This document shows, in pieces, positions 24,331 through 35,208 of a stretch of DNA of 64,000 nucleotides. The stretch is taken from contig CAVZLN010000004.1 of the NCBI GenBank assembly GCA_963776245.1, positions 32,001 to 96,000 of the forward strand, read 5' to 3'. Numbering within the stretch: position 1 is the first letter of the stretch; every line of letters starts with the position of its first letter. This DNA is from Candidatus Eiseniibacteriota bacterium. GTDB lineage: Bacteria > Eisenbacteria > RBG-16-71-46. Made by a program: the position numbers and the translations under genes. The notes under the pieces were generated by a model, which saw only the letters and a list, made by a program, of their open reading frames with translations, did no database searches and had not been told where the DNA came from.

Positions 24331-24966
24331 ATGGCCAGCTTCGACCTCAAGAGTCCCGCCGTACAGAAGGTGATCCTCAGCATCCTGCTCTCGGGCGGCG
24401 TGCTCGCGGTGTTCTTCTTCACCCACTTCCTGCCCTTCAGCTACCCGAACCAGAACGAGAAGCTGGACGTGCTGAAGTCGGACTACGAGAAGAAGTCCAC
24501 GGAGCTGGCGCGCGCGCGCGCCACGGTGGCCGACCTCCCGCGCTTCGAGGCCGAGTACGACATGCTGCACGAGCGCTGGGCGCTGGCGGCCGAGCTGCTG
24601 CCGGCCGACAAGCAGCTGCCGGTGCTGCTGCGCAAGATCACGCTCGCGGCACAGCAGACGGGGGTGGAGTTCGTGTCCTTCCGCCCGGCCGGCGTGAAGG
24701 CGGAGCAGTACTTCAACGAACTGCCGCTCCAGCTCTCGGTCTACGGGGGCTATCACCAGGTCGGCTCGTTCCTCGCGGAGCTCGCCAACCTGCGCCGGAT
24801 CATCACGGTCTCCGATGTCCGCATGAAGTCGAACGCCAAGGGCGAGGCCTCGGCGACGACCGCCGTGGAGTTCACGGCGTCGGCGTACAGCCTGAACACC
24901 ACGCCGGTGGCGCCGCCGGCCGCGAAGGTCAACGGCAAGGGAGGGGCCAATGGTCGCAAGTCGTAG
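24331..24966 (+). CDS. pilO: PilO
   Basis: TM, coiled coil, LLP..Q.P.LL, GGYHQVGSFL. Confidence 0.92.
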   Translation: MASFDLKSPAVQKVILSILLSGGVLAVFFFTHFLPFSYPNQNEKLDVLKSDYEKKSTELARARATVADLPRFEAEYDMLHERWALAAELLPADKQLPVLLRKITLAAQQTGVEFVSFRPAGVKAEQYFNELPLQLSVYGGYHQVGSFLAELANLRRIITVSDVRMKSNAKGEASATTAVEFTASAYSLNTTPVAPPAAKVNGKGGANGRKS

Positions 24967-25600
24967 TGGGATCGTGGGCCGGGAAAACGTCCGCATCCTC
25001 GCCGGGCTGATCGTGGCCAGCGCTGTGATGGGAGCCGCGGTGTCGGTGGCGCTGCGCACCGCGGGCGAGTGGGTGGAGCCCGGCGACGCCTCGGCGGCGG
25101 CGACCGCGACCGCCAGGGCCGTTCCGGCGAAGGCCGTGCCGGCGAAGGCCGTCCGTCCGGCCCCGGCAGCCCCGGGCGTCCACGCGCAGGCCGCGGCGGC
25201 GATGTCGCCGTTGCGCCCGGTGCCCCGGCAGGGCGTGCAGCCGCTGGCGCACCTCGACGAACGTCTGACCTACCAGTACAACGCCCTCGGGCGCCGCGAC
25301 CCGTTCCAGCCGCTGATGGGCGGCTCGTTCGTGGGCGACGACGTGGGCGGAGACGCGCCGGCCGACATCGGCGGGATCAAGGTGGTGGGCATCGTGTGGG
25401 GGTCGGAAGACCGCTTTGCCCTGTGCGAAGACGCCCGTGGCAACAGCCTGGTCCTCCGTCAGGGTGACAAGGTGATGAACGGGTTCGTCGAGAGTCTGAA
25501 GCGCGACAAGATGATCGTGAACCTCAGTGTGGATGATCAGTCTCAGTCGGTGGCGATCCCGCTGACTCGGAAGGGAGAGAATTCGAATGCGAACCGGTAA
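24950..25600 (+). CDS. pilP: PilP-like protein
   Basis: Y...GRRDPF motif, VVGIVWG; lies between pilO and pilQ. Confidence 0.8.
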   Translation: MVASRSGIVGRENVRILAGLIVASAVMGAAVSVALRTAGEWVEPGDASAAATATARAVPAKAVPAKAVRPAPAAPGVHAQAAAAMSPLRPVPRQGVQPLAHLDERLTYQYNALGRRDPFQPLMGGSFVGDDVGGDAPADIGGIKVVGIVWGSEDRFALCEDARGNSLVLRQGDKVMNGFVESLKRDKMIVNLSVDDQSQSVAIPLTRKGENSNANR

Positions 25601-26947
25601 GGTCCTGGCGGGCCTGCTCCTCGTCGCCGTCGCCGTCGGTGCGACGTTCGTGGTTGCGCCGGCAGGGGCGCAGCAGTCCTCGGCCATGCAGCAGGTGGGC
25701 ATGGTCCGCACCGGGTCCGGCACCTTCAGCATCGACGTCGAGGGCGCCGACATCCGCACCGTCGTCAAGGCCGTGGCCGAGTTCAGCGGGCGCAACATCG
25801 TGGTCGCCAACGGCGTCAAGGGCACGGTCAAGGTGGCGCTGCGCAACGTGTCCTGGCAGGAAGCGCTGCGCACCATCCTGCGCAGCAACAGCCTCGACTA
25901 CACGGACGAGGGCGGCATCCTGCGCGTGGACGACATGCAGAAGCTCCAGACCGAGGCGCTCGAACGCGAATCGTCGCGCGCGAAGCAGATGGAGGTCGCG
26001 CCGCTCGAGACGCGCATCGTGAAGCTCAATTACGCGAATGCCGGGGAACTCGCGACGTCGTTGCAGTCGTCGCTGACGCGCCGCGGTCTCATCCAGACGG
26101 AGAAGCGCACGAATTCGCTCATCGTCACCGATCTGGTCGGCAACGTGGACCGGCTCGAGAAGATGGCGACGGACCTGGACACCGAGACCCCGCAGATCGA
26201 GATCACGGCCAAGCTGGTGGACGTCGACGCCGAGGCGCTGCGCGGCATCGGCATCGAATGGAACCTCGGGCCCTCGCAGGGCGACGCCGCCCAGTTCTTC
26301 AGCTCCACGCCGCGCCCGCCGTCTTTGCCTCGCCGAACAACGACCCCGAGCAGGCGCTGGGGATGAACCACAGCAGCCCGATCACCAAGCCGGCGACGAA
26401 GGTCACCTACGGCATCGCCAAGTCGTGGGGCTTCATCGAGGCCCAGCTGTCGATGCTCGAGTCGAACCGCAAGGCGAACATCATCTCGAACCCGCGCATC
26501 ACGACGGTGGACAACCGCGAGGCCCGGATCCTCGTCGGCCAGAAGATCCCGCTCATCGTGCAGGACGTGGCGGGCAATCCGGTGTCGCAGCTGCAGACCA
26601 TCGGCATCCAGCTGCGGGTCACCCCGCACCTGACCTCGGACAAGAAGATCATCATGGACCTGCATCCGGAGGTCAGCGATCTCTCGACCGGCAGCACGGT
26701 GCAGGGCGGCGTGATCATCAACACCAGCGAGGCCGACACGCGCGTGATGGTGGACGACGGCCAGACCGCGGTCATCGGCGGCCTGATCCGCACCAACGAC
26801 ACCCACGAGCGCCGGGGCGTGCCGCTGCTGAAGGACGTGCCGCTGCTCGGCATGCTGTTCCGGTCCGACAACGTCACGCGTCAGAACCGCGAGCTCATCA
26901 TCTTCGTGACGCCGCGGATCGTCACCAGCCTGGCGTCGGGCAACTAG
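25587..26947 (+). CDS. pilQ: Secretin PilQ (frameshift near 26310), short N-terminus
   Basis: ADIRTV, W.EAL..IL, LNYANA, RTNSLIV, ISNPRITT.DN, VPLL.D.PLLG.LF, ELIIFVTPRIV. Confidence 0.93.
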
Positions 26948-26966
26948 TCTCCGACGTCGCGATCGA

Positions 26967-27000
26967 GACGGCCGCCGGTCCTCGCGGACCGGCGGCCGTC
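26967..27000 (+). terminator. 15-bp GC-rich hairpin after pilQ (no U-tract)
   Basis: GACGGCCGCCGGTCC-tcgc-GGACCGGCGGCCGTC. Confidence 0.65.
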
Positions 27001-27003
27001 GCA

Positions 27004-27032
27004 TTGCCGCCCCGCGGGCGCTGTGCTAGGCT
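27004..27032 (+). promoter_or_regulatory. Sigma70 promoter for a probably leaderless aroK
   Basis: TTGCCG-N17-TAGGCT with TG extension, 6 nt before GTG 27039. Confidence 0.6.
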
Positions 27033-27038
27033 GCGCGG

Positions 27039-27568
27039 GTGCGTCCCGACACCCGTCCCATCGCGCTGATCGGCCTCAGCGGCGCCGGCAAGAGCGCCGT
27101 CGCGCGCGCGCTCGGCGCGCGCCTCGGGTGCGAGGTGGCCGATCTCGACGCGGACCTCGAGTCGGGCTCGAGCGATGACGGTGACCGAGTTGTTCGCGCA
27201 CGAGGGCGAGGCGGGGTTCCGCGCCCGCGAGCGCGCGGCGCTCGCCGCGGCGCTCGGGCGCGCGCGCGTGATCGCGTGCGGGGGCGGCATCGTGGTGACC
27301 GCGGAGGCCCGCGCCCTGCTCCAGCGAGCGCTGCCGGGTGGTGTGGCTCGAGGTGTCGCCCGACGAGGCCCTGCGCCGGCTCGGGCCCGGGCTCGCGGCC
27401 CGCCCGCTGCTCGCGGGGGCCGACGCCGCGGCGCGGCTGGCGAGCCTGCTGGCGGAGCGCCGCGGCTACTACGAGTCGCTGGCGCGGGTCCGCGTCGACA
27501 CCTCCGGCCGCACCCCCGAGGCAGGTCGCCGGAGCGGTGCTGGCCGCGCTCGACGTTCCGACGCATGA
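27039..27568 (+). CDS. aroK: Shikimate kinase (frameshifted)
   Basis: IALIGLSGAGKS, DLD, GEAGFRARE, ACGGG, RPLL, ER..YY across frames. Confidence 0.88.
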
Positions 27569-28379
27569 GGCGTCGCCGGGCATGCGCTGCGGCGCCCGGA
27601 CTGGCGGCGCTGGCGGTCCTTGCCGGGTGCGCGCCGCATCTCGGTCCCACTCCCGAACTGCCGATGCGCGACGCTGCGGGCGCGATTCGAATCGGGCGTC
27701 GCGGCGCGGCGCGCCGGCGTGGCGGGGGTCGAGGCCGAGGTGGCGCTGTGGCTCGAGACCGAGGCGGGTGGGCGCCTGCCGGGAGTCGAGGGACGACTCG
27801 ACGCTCGCGGCGCCCGATGCGGCACGCCTGCGCGTCTCGTCGTTGTTCGGGATGGCGCTCGACATCGGCGCGCGCGGCGACACGCTCGCGGCCTACGTGC
27901 CCCCGCGACGGATCGGGATGGAGCTCGATGCGGTCGCGGATTCGCTCGGACTCGCGGGTCCGGGCGCGCTGGCCTACCGCGGCTGGAGCGCTCGTGGTAG
28001 CCGCCCGGCGCGGCGTGGGAGAGCGCGGTGCGCGAGGACTCGGTGCGCGTGGTGCGCTGGCGCGAGGGCACCGACAGTCTCGCGCTCGGCGGTCGGCGAC
28101 GATGGCGCGCCGGCGTGGGTCGAGGCTGTGCGCGGGGCACCCGGCGCCCTGCGCGCGCGCTATCCGGCGTGGACCTCGGTGGAGGGCGCGGCGTGGCCCG
28201 CCCGCATCGAGTTCGCCGGCCGGGAGGGGCGCGTCCGCCTCACCTGCCGGCTCGACCGCGTCCGCCTGATCGCGCGCCGACGACCGCGCGCGCGCGACGG
28301 TCGTCGATCCCGGGAGACGCGCGAGCGCTGGACGCTGGCGGATCTGCGGCGGGCGCTCGAGCGGCTGGGGTCGCTGTGA
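27565..28379 (+). CDS. Hypothetical lipoprotein (frameshifted)
   Basis: Arg-rich N-region, hydrophobic stretch, lipobox LAGC. Confidence 0.5.
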
Positions 28380-29015
28380 CGGATCCCGCGGCTCGTGGCG
28401 CGTGCTCGGCGCTCGCGCTCGCGCTCGCGCTGCCGGCGCCGGCGCCCCGGCGCGCGCGGCGACCGCGCCGCCGCGCGCCGCCGCCGGACTGCTCGCGCGG
28501 CTGGGTGGCCACGGGCGGGTCGAGGTGCGGATCGAGGGGCGCGCAGTCGGCCGGCGCCGCGGCGCGCGGCTCCGGCGGGCCGGACGCCTCGCGCTCGAGC
28601 CGCCCGACCGCGCGCGGCTCGATCTCGACGGGCAGCGGGGAGCGCATGACCTGCCGGAGCGACGGCAGGCGAATGGCTGCAGCCGGCGCTCGGCCAGATG
28701 CTGCGCCTCGGGCCGCGGGCGCGTCGCGCCGATGCTCGACATCTGGGACCCTGCTGCTCGGCGGCGGTCGCGCGCGCCTGCGAGGAGCGCGCACTCGGCG
28801 TCGGGTCGCTACCTGCTGGTGCCGAGCCGGCGCCAGCGGTGGACAGCGCGTGGGTGACGCTGGGTGCCGACGGACTGCCGTCGCGCCTCGAGACGCGGAC
28901 CGGGGACGCACGCACCTCCTGGCGGCTCAGCGGCTGGCGGTTCAAGCCGCCGCTCGGGCGCGCCGCGTTCGTGCTGACGGCTCCGCCCGGCGTCGCGGTG
29001 GTGCCGCTCGATTGA
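28376..29015 (+). CDS. LolA-like exported protein (heavily frameshifted)
   Basis: GRLALEPPDRARL, SDG..W, C-terminal AFVLTAPPGVAVVPL. Confidence 0.5.
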
Positions 29016-29089
29016 GGCGGGAGACCGTGGCGCGGCCGTGCGCGCGTGGCGCTTGACGCGCCCCGCACCTCCCGTGAGAAGGTGCACGC

Positions 29090-29677
29090 GTGCGCGTGAT
29101 CGCGGGTGTGCTCGGTGGCCGGCGCCTCACGGCGCCGCGCGGGGCGGGGACGCGACCGACCTCGGACCGCGTGCGCGAGGCTCTCTTCATGATGCTCGAG
29201 CCGCTCGGCGGCCTGCGGGTCGTGGACCTGTACGCGGGCTCCGGCGCGCTCGGCATCGAGGCGCTGTCGCGCGGCGCGATCCACGTGGACTTCGTGGAGT
29301 CCGCCCGTCAGGCGCTGGCGGCGCTGGCGGGGAACCTCGAAGCGCTCGGCCTCGGCGCGAGCGCGACGGTGTGGCCGCTGGTGCTGCCCGCGGGCGTTGC
29401 ACCGCATGCAGCAGGCGATCGGCTGCCGCCGACCTGGTGCTGGCGGACCCGCCGTACGGCGGCGAAGCGGCGCGCGCGATGCTCGCGGCGCTCGGCCAGG
29501 CCGGGGTGCTGGCAGTGGCGGCGCGGGTGGTGGTGGAGCATCACGCGAAGGATGAGCTGCCGGAGCGGGCGGGCGTGCTCGGTCGCGAGCGCGAGCGGCG
29601 CTACGGTGAGACCCAGGTGAACGTGTACCGGGTGGGCGGCGCAGGCGCGCCCGGGCGCGGAGGAGACCGACGCATGA
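29090..29677 (+). CDS. rsmD: 16S rRNA m2G966 methyltransferase (frameshifted)
   Basis: [46 protein letters not shown]. Confidence 0.92.
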
Positions 29678-30215
29678 AGCCCGTCCGGACCGCGCTGTTC
29701 CCGGGCACGTTCGACCCGTTCACGAACGGCCACCTCGATCTCACCCGGCGTGCCGCGCGCTGTTCGACCGCGTCGTCGTGGCGGTCGCGCCGAGCCCGGC
29801 GAAGGGCACGCTGTTCCCGCTCGAGGAGCGCGTCGAGATGATCCGCTCCTCGGTGCGCCTGATGCGCCGCGTCGAGGTCATCGCCTTCGAGGACCTGCTG
29901 GTGGACTGCGCCCGCCGCGTCGGCGCGAGCGCCATCATCCGCGGCCTGCGCGCGGTGAGCGATTTCGAGTACGAGTTCCAGATGGCGCTGATGAACCGGC
30001 GGCTGGCGCCGTCGGTCGAGATCGTCTTCATGATGCCGAGTCTCCATTACTCGTACCTGAACTCCACGCTGGTGCGGGAGGTGGCGCGTCTCGGCGGCCG
30101 CGTGACGGGGCTGGTGCCGCGCGTGGTGGACGAGCGCCTGCTCGCACGGCTGCGGCCCTCCGCGCGGGGGGCCGGAGCCCGCCCCCGGCGCACCCGGAAG
30201 GGAGGGCGGCCATGA
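29674..30215 (+). CDS. coaD: Phosphopantetheine adenylyltransferase (frameshift near 29760)
   Basis: FPGTFDPFTNGHLD, IRGLRAVSDFEYEFQMALMNR. Confidence 0.95.
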
Positions 30216-31232
30216 CCGTGCTGATGGAACGGCTCCGCCGGCAGGCCGCGCTCCGGCCGCGCCGGCTGGTGCTCACCGAGGGCGACGACGAACGCGTGGT
30301 GCGCGCCGCCGACCGGCTCGCGCGCGAGCGGCTCGCCGAGGTCGCGCTGATCGGCGTGCCCGACGTCCTCAAGGCCACCGCGCGCCGCGCGGACGTGACG
30401 CTGTCCGGGGTCGCGATCATCGACTCCGCGGCGCCCGACGAGATCGGGCGCGCCGACGCGGCGCTCAAGGCCGCGCGCGGCGATCGCCTGGGCGCCGCCG
30501 ATCGCGAGCGCCAGGCGCGCGATCCGATGTTCCAGGCCGCCACGCGGGTGCGGGACGGACGTGCCGACTGTTTCGTGGGCGGCTCGACCCGCCCCACCTC
30601 CGACGTGCTGCGCCCGGCCATCTGGCTGATCGGGCTCGCCCCGGGCGTGAAGACGGTGTCGTCGTTCTTCCTCATGGTGCTCAAGGGCCCGGGCGGCGCG
30701 ACGGGCGAGCGCGTGCTCATGTTCGCGGACTGCGCGGTGGTGCCGAATCCCGACGCCGGGTCAGCTCGCCGAGATCGGCGTGACCGCGGCCGAGCATTTC
30801 CAGCGCCTCACGGGCGAGGTGCCCCACACCGCTTTCCTCTCGTTCTCGACCCGCGGCAGCGCGCAGCACGCGGACGTGGACAAGGTGCGCGAGGCGGTGC
30901 GGCTGGCGCGCGCGCGCCGGCCCGACCTGCACCTCGACGGCGAGCTCCAGCTGGACGCGGCCATCGTCCCGGACATCGGCCGGCGCAAGGCGCGGGACAG
31001 CACCGTGGCCGGGTCGGCGAACGTCCTGGTGTTCCCCGATCTCGACGCGGGCAACATCGGCTACAAGCTGGTGCAGCGGCTCGCGGGCGCGGAGGCCATC
31101 GGCCCGATCGTCATGGGGCTGGCGCGCCAGGCCAACGACCTGTCGCGCGGCTGCAGCGCGGACGACATCGTCGAGGTCTCGACCATCGCCTGCCTGCTGG
31201 CGCAGGCCCCCGCCACCGTCTCCGGCGCCTGA
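30212..31232 (+). CDS. pta: Phosphate acetyltransferase (frameshift near 30760)
   Basis: EGDDERV, VSSFFLM, FADCAV, DGELQLDAA, FPDLDAGNIGYKL, NDLSRGC. Confidence 0.92.
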
Positions 31233-31252
31233 GTCCCGGGAGGACGCGACGC

Positions 31253-31531
31253 ATGCCGACCTACGACTACCGGTGCAAGAAGTGCGGACACCGGTTCGAG
31301 CTCTTCCATGGCATCAAGGACGAGACCGTGCGGCGCTGCCCGAAGTGCAGGGGACGCTCGGAACGCGTGCCGGCGGGAGGCGCGGGGCTGCTGTTCAAGG
31401 GGTCGGGGTTCTACATCACCGACTACCGCAGCAAGGGCTACAAGGAGCAGGCCAAGCAGGAGCGGCCGAAGGAAGAGAAGTCGAAACCGGAGAAGGCGGC
31501 CGGGACTCCCAAGTCCACGCCGAGCGAGTGA
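31253..31531 (+). CDS. FmdB-family zinc-ribbon regulatory protein
   Basis: MPTYDYRCKKCGHRFE...CPKC...FKGSGFYITDY. Confidence 0.9.
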   Translation: MPTYDYRCKKCGHRFELFHGIKDETVRRCPKCRGRSERVPAGGAGLLFKGSGFYITDYRSKGYKEQAKQERPKEEKSKPEKAAGTPKSTPSE

Positions 31532-31544
31532 GGCGGCGCCCGTC

Positions 31545-33412
31545 ATGGCGCGCTCGCTGACCGAGCGGCTGCTCGATGCCCATGCCGCGGTGCCCGCCAC
31601 CGGCGACGGGCTGGCATTGAGACTGGACCACGCGGTGGTGGCGGGAGACGCGGCGCTGCTGGTGCTCGCCGCCTTCGCGTCCACCGGCGCCGGCGTGGCG
31701 CGCGGCCCGGTGGCGGTGGTGTGCGCGGACTCCCGCACCGCCGTGGAGGCGCTGGGCGGCGCGCGCCTGCAGCACGCGGCGGCGCGCGCCGGCGCCCGGT
31801 TCGCCCCGCCGGCGCTGGGGCGCGCCGCGCGCGTGTATCTCGAACGGTTCGCGGCTCCCGGCCGTGTGGCGCTCGGGTGCAGCACCCGGCTCGCCGGGGC
31901 CGGCGGTCTGGGTGCGCTCGCCCTCGACGCGGACGCTCTGGAGCTGGCGGCGGCATGGGCGGGGGCGCCCCACGAACTGGATCGCCCGCGCGTCGTGCGG
32001 GTCGCGCTCGAGGGCCGGTTGCCCGAGGGTGTGGGAGCGGTGGACCTCATGCTCGTCCTCGCCGGCTCCCCGCGGGCCGCCGCCCTGCACGGGTGCGTGA
32101 TCGAGTTCGGCGGCCTGGGCGTGGAAGGCGTGCCGGTGGAGGACCGCATCGCCGCCGCCTCGCTGGCGCCCGAACTGGGGGCCCTCGCCGTGCTCTGGCC
32201 GGCCGACGAGCGGACGCGCACGTGGATGAGCGCGCAGGCGCGCGAGAGCGACTGGAAGCAACTCGAAGCCGAACCGGACGCCGCCTTCGATCGCGGCGTG
32301 GACCTCTCCGGGCTCGAGCCCGCCGTGGGGACGTGGGGAGGGACCACGTCGACGGGCACGGTGGCGGCCATGGGGACGCGCCCGGTGTCCGCCGTGGTGC
32401 TGGGCCCCGGCACGCCGCCCGATGCGCTGAGGATGCTGGCGCAGGCCCTCGAACGGCGGGGCACGGTGCCGGGGGCGGGCACGGTGGTGATCCCGGCCGG
32501 TCGCGCGCTGACCGAAGCCGGCGCGAGCGAGTCCGGCCTGGCCGCGCTCGCCGCCGCCGGAGCGCACGTGATCGATCACGGGGGAGGGATGCCGATCGCC
32601 GCGCCCGGGGCGGACGGCACGGTCGGGATGTACTTCGGGCTCGACGTGTCGGAATTGCCGGGCCCCCCGGGATCGTGGCGGCTCGCGTCGCCCGCGACGT
32701 GCATCGCCTCCGCCCTGGCCGGCCGCGTCGAGGACGCGCGCGGCGCCGAGTGGCTGGCCGAGCCCGCCGCGCCGACGGAAGCCGCCGGCGCCGGGGGTGT
32801 GCTCGAGCCCGCGGCATCCGTGGTCGGAGCGGACGAGTCGGACGGGATCCGCCCGCTCGGTCTGCCCCCCGCCCCCGGGGGAGCGTGAGGGGCCCGGTGC
32901 TGCTGTGCGCCGGGGACGATCTGGCGGTGGCGCGGATCCTGTCGTGGGGGCCGCGACTGCGGCCGCTGCTGGCGGACCTCGACGCCCTCGCCGCGCACGC
33001 CTTCGAGGACCTCGACGCCGGGTTCGCGGAGCGCGCGCGCGCGGCCGGCGCGGGGTACGTGGTCGCGGGTGCCGGTTGCGGGGCGGGCCGGGTGCGCGAC
33101 AGCGCGGTACTGGTGCTCGCGGCCCTCGGCGTGCGAGTGGTGCTGGCCCGTTCGTTCGTGCCGGCGTTCGCCCGCGGGCTGGCGGCGGGCGGCGTGCTGC
33201 CGCTGGTGCTGGGGGAGTGCGGCGGAGGGCCGGAGGCGGGCGACGAGCTCGAGATCCCCGCGCTCGCCGAGGGGCTCGCGGCCGGTCGCGAACTGACGGT
33301 TCGCAACCTCTCGCGCGGACAGGGGTATACTGCGCGCCTCGAGCTGGCGCCGCGCGACGCCGCGCTGGCGCGCGCGGGCGGCCGGCTGCGCGCCCTGCAC
33401 GAGCCGCGCTGA
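31545..33412 (+). CDS. Degenerate aconitase/LeuCD-superfamily protein (ORFs 31545-32888 and 32885-33412; possibly one frameshifted gene)
   Basis: Scaffold motifs LERF..PG, G.LP.GV...D, IEFGG, ELGA, P.DERT, LASPATC.ASALAG and a swivel domain; catalytic motifs replaced. Confidence 0.75.
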
Positions 33413-33480
33413 TGCGGAGGACCGGTCGCCAGCCATCCCGGATGCGCGCCCACCCATGACCCGATGCCAGGAGGACTGAC

Positions 33481-34497
33481 GTGTTCGTCGATCAGGCGCG
33501 CATCCACGTGATCGCCGGACGCGGCGGCGCCGGATGCATCTCGTTCCGGCGCGAGAAGTACGTGCCCAAGGGCGGTCCGGATGGAGGGGACGGCGGGCGC
33601 GGCGGGTCCGTGTCGCTCGAGGTGAACCCGCACGTCCGCACGCTTCTTGACTGCCGTGAGGAGCCTCTATACCGTGGCGAGAACGGTCGTCCGGGCTCCG
33701 GCAACAACAGTTCGGGTCGCGATGGCGCCGACCGCGTGATCGAGGTCCCGCCGGGCACGGTGGTGAAGGACGGGGAGACCGGCGAGACGCTCGCCGATCT
33801 CGTCGAGCCCTCCCAGCGCTGCGTGGCCGCGCGCGGCGGCCGCGGTGGGCGCGGCAATGCGCGCTTCGCCACCTCCACGAACCAGGCCCCGAGACGCGCG
33901 GATACCGGGGAGGCGGGCGAGGAGCGCTGGCTCGAGCTCGAGCTCAAGCTCATCGCGGATGTGGGCTTCGTGGGCCTGCCGAACGCGGGCAAGTCCACGC
34001 TGCTGTCGCGGGTGACGCGGGCGCGGCCCAAGATCGCGGCGTATCCGTTCACCACGCTCGAGCCCAATCTCGGCATCGTCGCGCTCGACGACGAGCGCAC
34101 CTTCGTGGTGGCGGACGTGCCGGGCCTGATCGCCGGCGCGCATCTGGGCAGGGGGCTGGGGCTGCAGTTCCTGCGTCATCTCGAGCGCACGCGCGTCCTG
34201 GCGTTCCTGCTCGATGTGTCCGCGGAGCGGCCGGCCGCGGATCTCGAGGTGCTCGAGCGCGAGTTGTCGCTGCACAGCGCCACGCTGGCGGGCAAACCGC
34301 GGGTGCTGGTGCTGACGAAAGCCGATCTGTTGCCGCCCGAGGCCCACGCGGACGCCGCGGCGCGCGCGGGCCTGCCGGGCGCGCGCCTCATCAGCGCGCA
34401 CTCCGGTGCCGGGATGCGCGAACTGCTGGAAGCCCTCTGGACCCTCATCGCCGCCGTGCCCGCGAACCAAGGCGCGGACGAGGACGACACCCGATGA
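33481..34497 (+). CDS. obgE: GTPase ObgE
   Basis: MFVD, FRREKYVPKGGPDGGDGG, GLPNAGKST, YPFTT, DVPG, TKAD. Confidence 0.97.
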   Translation: MFVDQARIHVIAGRGGAGCISFRREKYVPKGGPDGGDGGRGGSVSLEVNPHVRTLLDCREEPLYRGENGRPGSGNNSSGRDGADRVIEVPPGTVVKDGETGETLADLVEPSQRCVAARGGRGGRGNARFATSTNQAPRRADTGEAGEERWLELELKLIADVGFVGLPNAGKSTLLSRVTRARPKIAAYPFTTLEPNLGIVALDDERTFVVADVPGLIAGAHLGRGLGLQFLRHLERTRVLAFLLDVSAERPAADLEVLERELSLHSATLAGKPRVLVLTKADLLPPEAHADAAARAGLPGARLISAHSGAGMRELLEALWTLIAAVPANQGADEDDTR

Positions 34498-35168
34498 CCG
34501 AAGACAAGTACGGGCCGGGAAGGACGCTCGATCTCCTGAATGCGCGCGGACTGTCGGCCAAGCGCGAGTACGTCCGCGGCCTCGAGCAGCGCGCCGACCC
34601 GGAGGCGCTCTCGCTCCTCGCCGAATGTCTGTGCGACGAGTCGTGGTTCCTGCGCGACCTGGCCGAGGGGGCGTTCCTGCGCGTCGCCGACCTCGGGGCG
34701 CCGGTGCTGTTGCCGCTTCTCGATCAGGGCCTCTGGTTCACGCGCGCGAGCGCGGCACGGGTGCTCGGCCGGCTCGGCTGGCGGCCGGCGGTGCCCGTCC
34801 TGCTGAGGGTCGCGGAGGACGCCAACGCCACGGTGCTCGAGGCGGCGCGCGAGGCGCTGGTGGCCATCGGGCGCCACCGCGGCGCCTTCCGGCTCGCCCA
34901 CGGGCTGCACCAGCTCTCGCCCGACGCGCGCCGGCGCCGGCTCGACGACATCGGCACGCGCGACCGGGCGCTGCTCGAGCGCCTCGAGCGTTACCTGCGC
35001 AACGAGGAACTGATGGGGATCGACGATCCCGATCCACTGGCCGACGACAGCCCGGTGGTGCGTGCGAACGACGAGGGCGTCGAGTGGGAACTGCTCACCG
35101 GTCCCCCGCCCACCCGGGAGCGCGCTCCCGATGCCGGCGGCGGGAATGCGGGCGGCACGCAGGGCTAG
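34494..35168 (+). CDS. HEAT-repeat protein
   Basis: L.DESWFLR..A, R.SAARVLGRLG, D.N.TV..AAREAL. Confidence 0.75.
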   Translation: MTEDKYGPGRTLDLLNARGLSAKREYVRGLEQRADPEALSLLAECLCDESWFLRDLAEGAFLRVADLGAPVLLPLLDQGLWFTRASAARVLGRLGWRPAVPVLLRVAEDANATVLEAAREALVAIGRHRGAFRLAHGLHQLSPDARRRRLDDIGTRDRALLERLERYLRNEELMGIDDPDPLADDSPVVRANDEGVEWELLTGPPPTRERAPDAGGGNAGGTQG

Positions 35169-35208
35169 CGGCGCGCGCCACGGCGCGGGGGGCGCGCTCC
35201 CTCCGGGC

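Noticed and set aside
29038..31531. RsmD-CoaD and Pta-FmdB fusion ORFs
   Set aside because: Each downstream gene has its own SD and ATG; the joins lie in a frameshift-rich region
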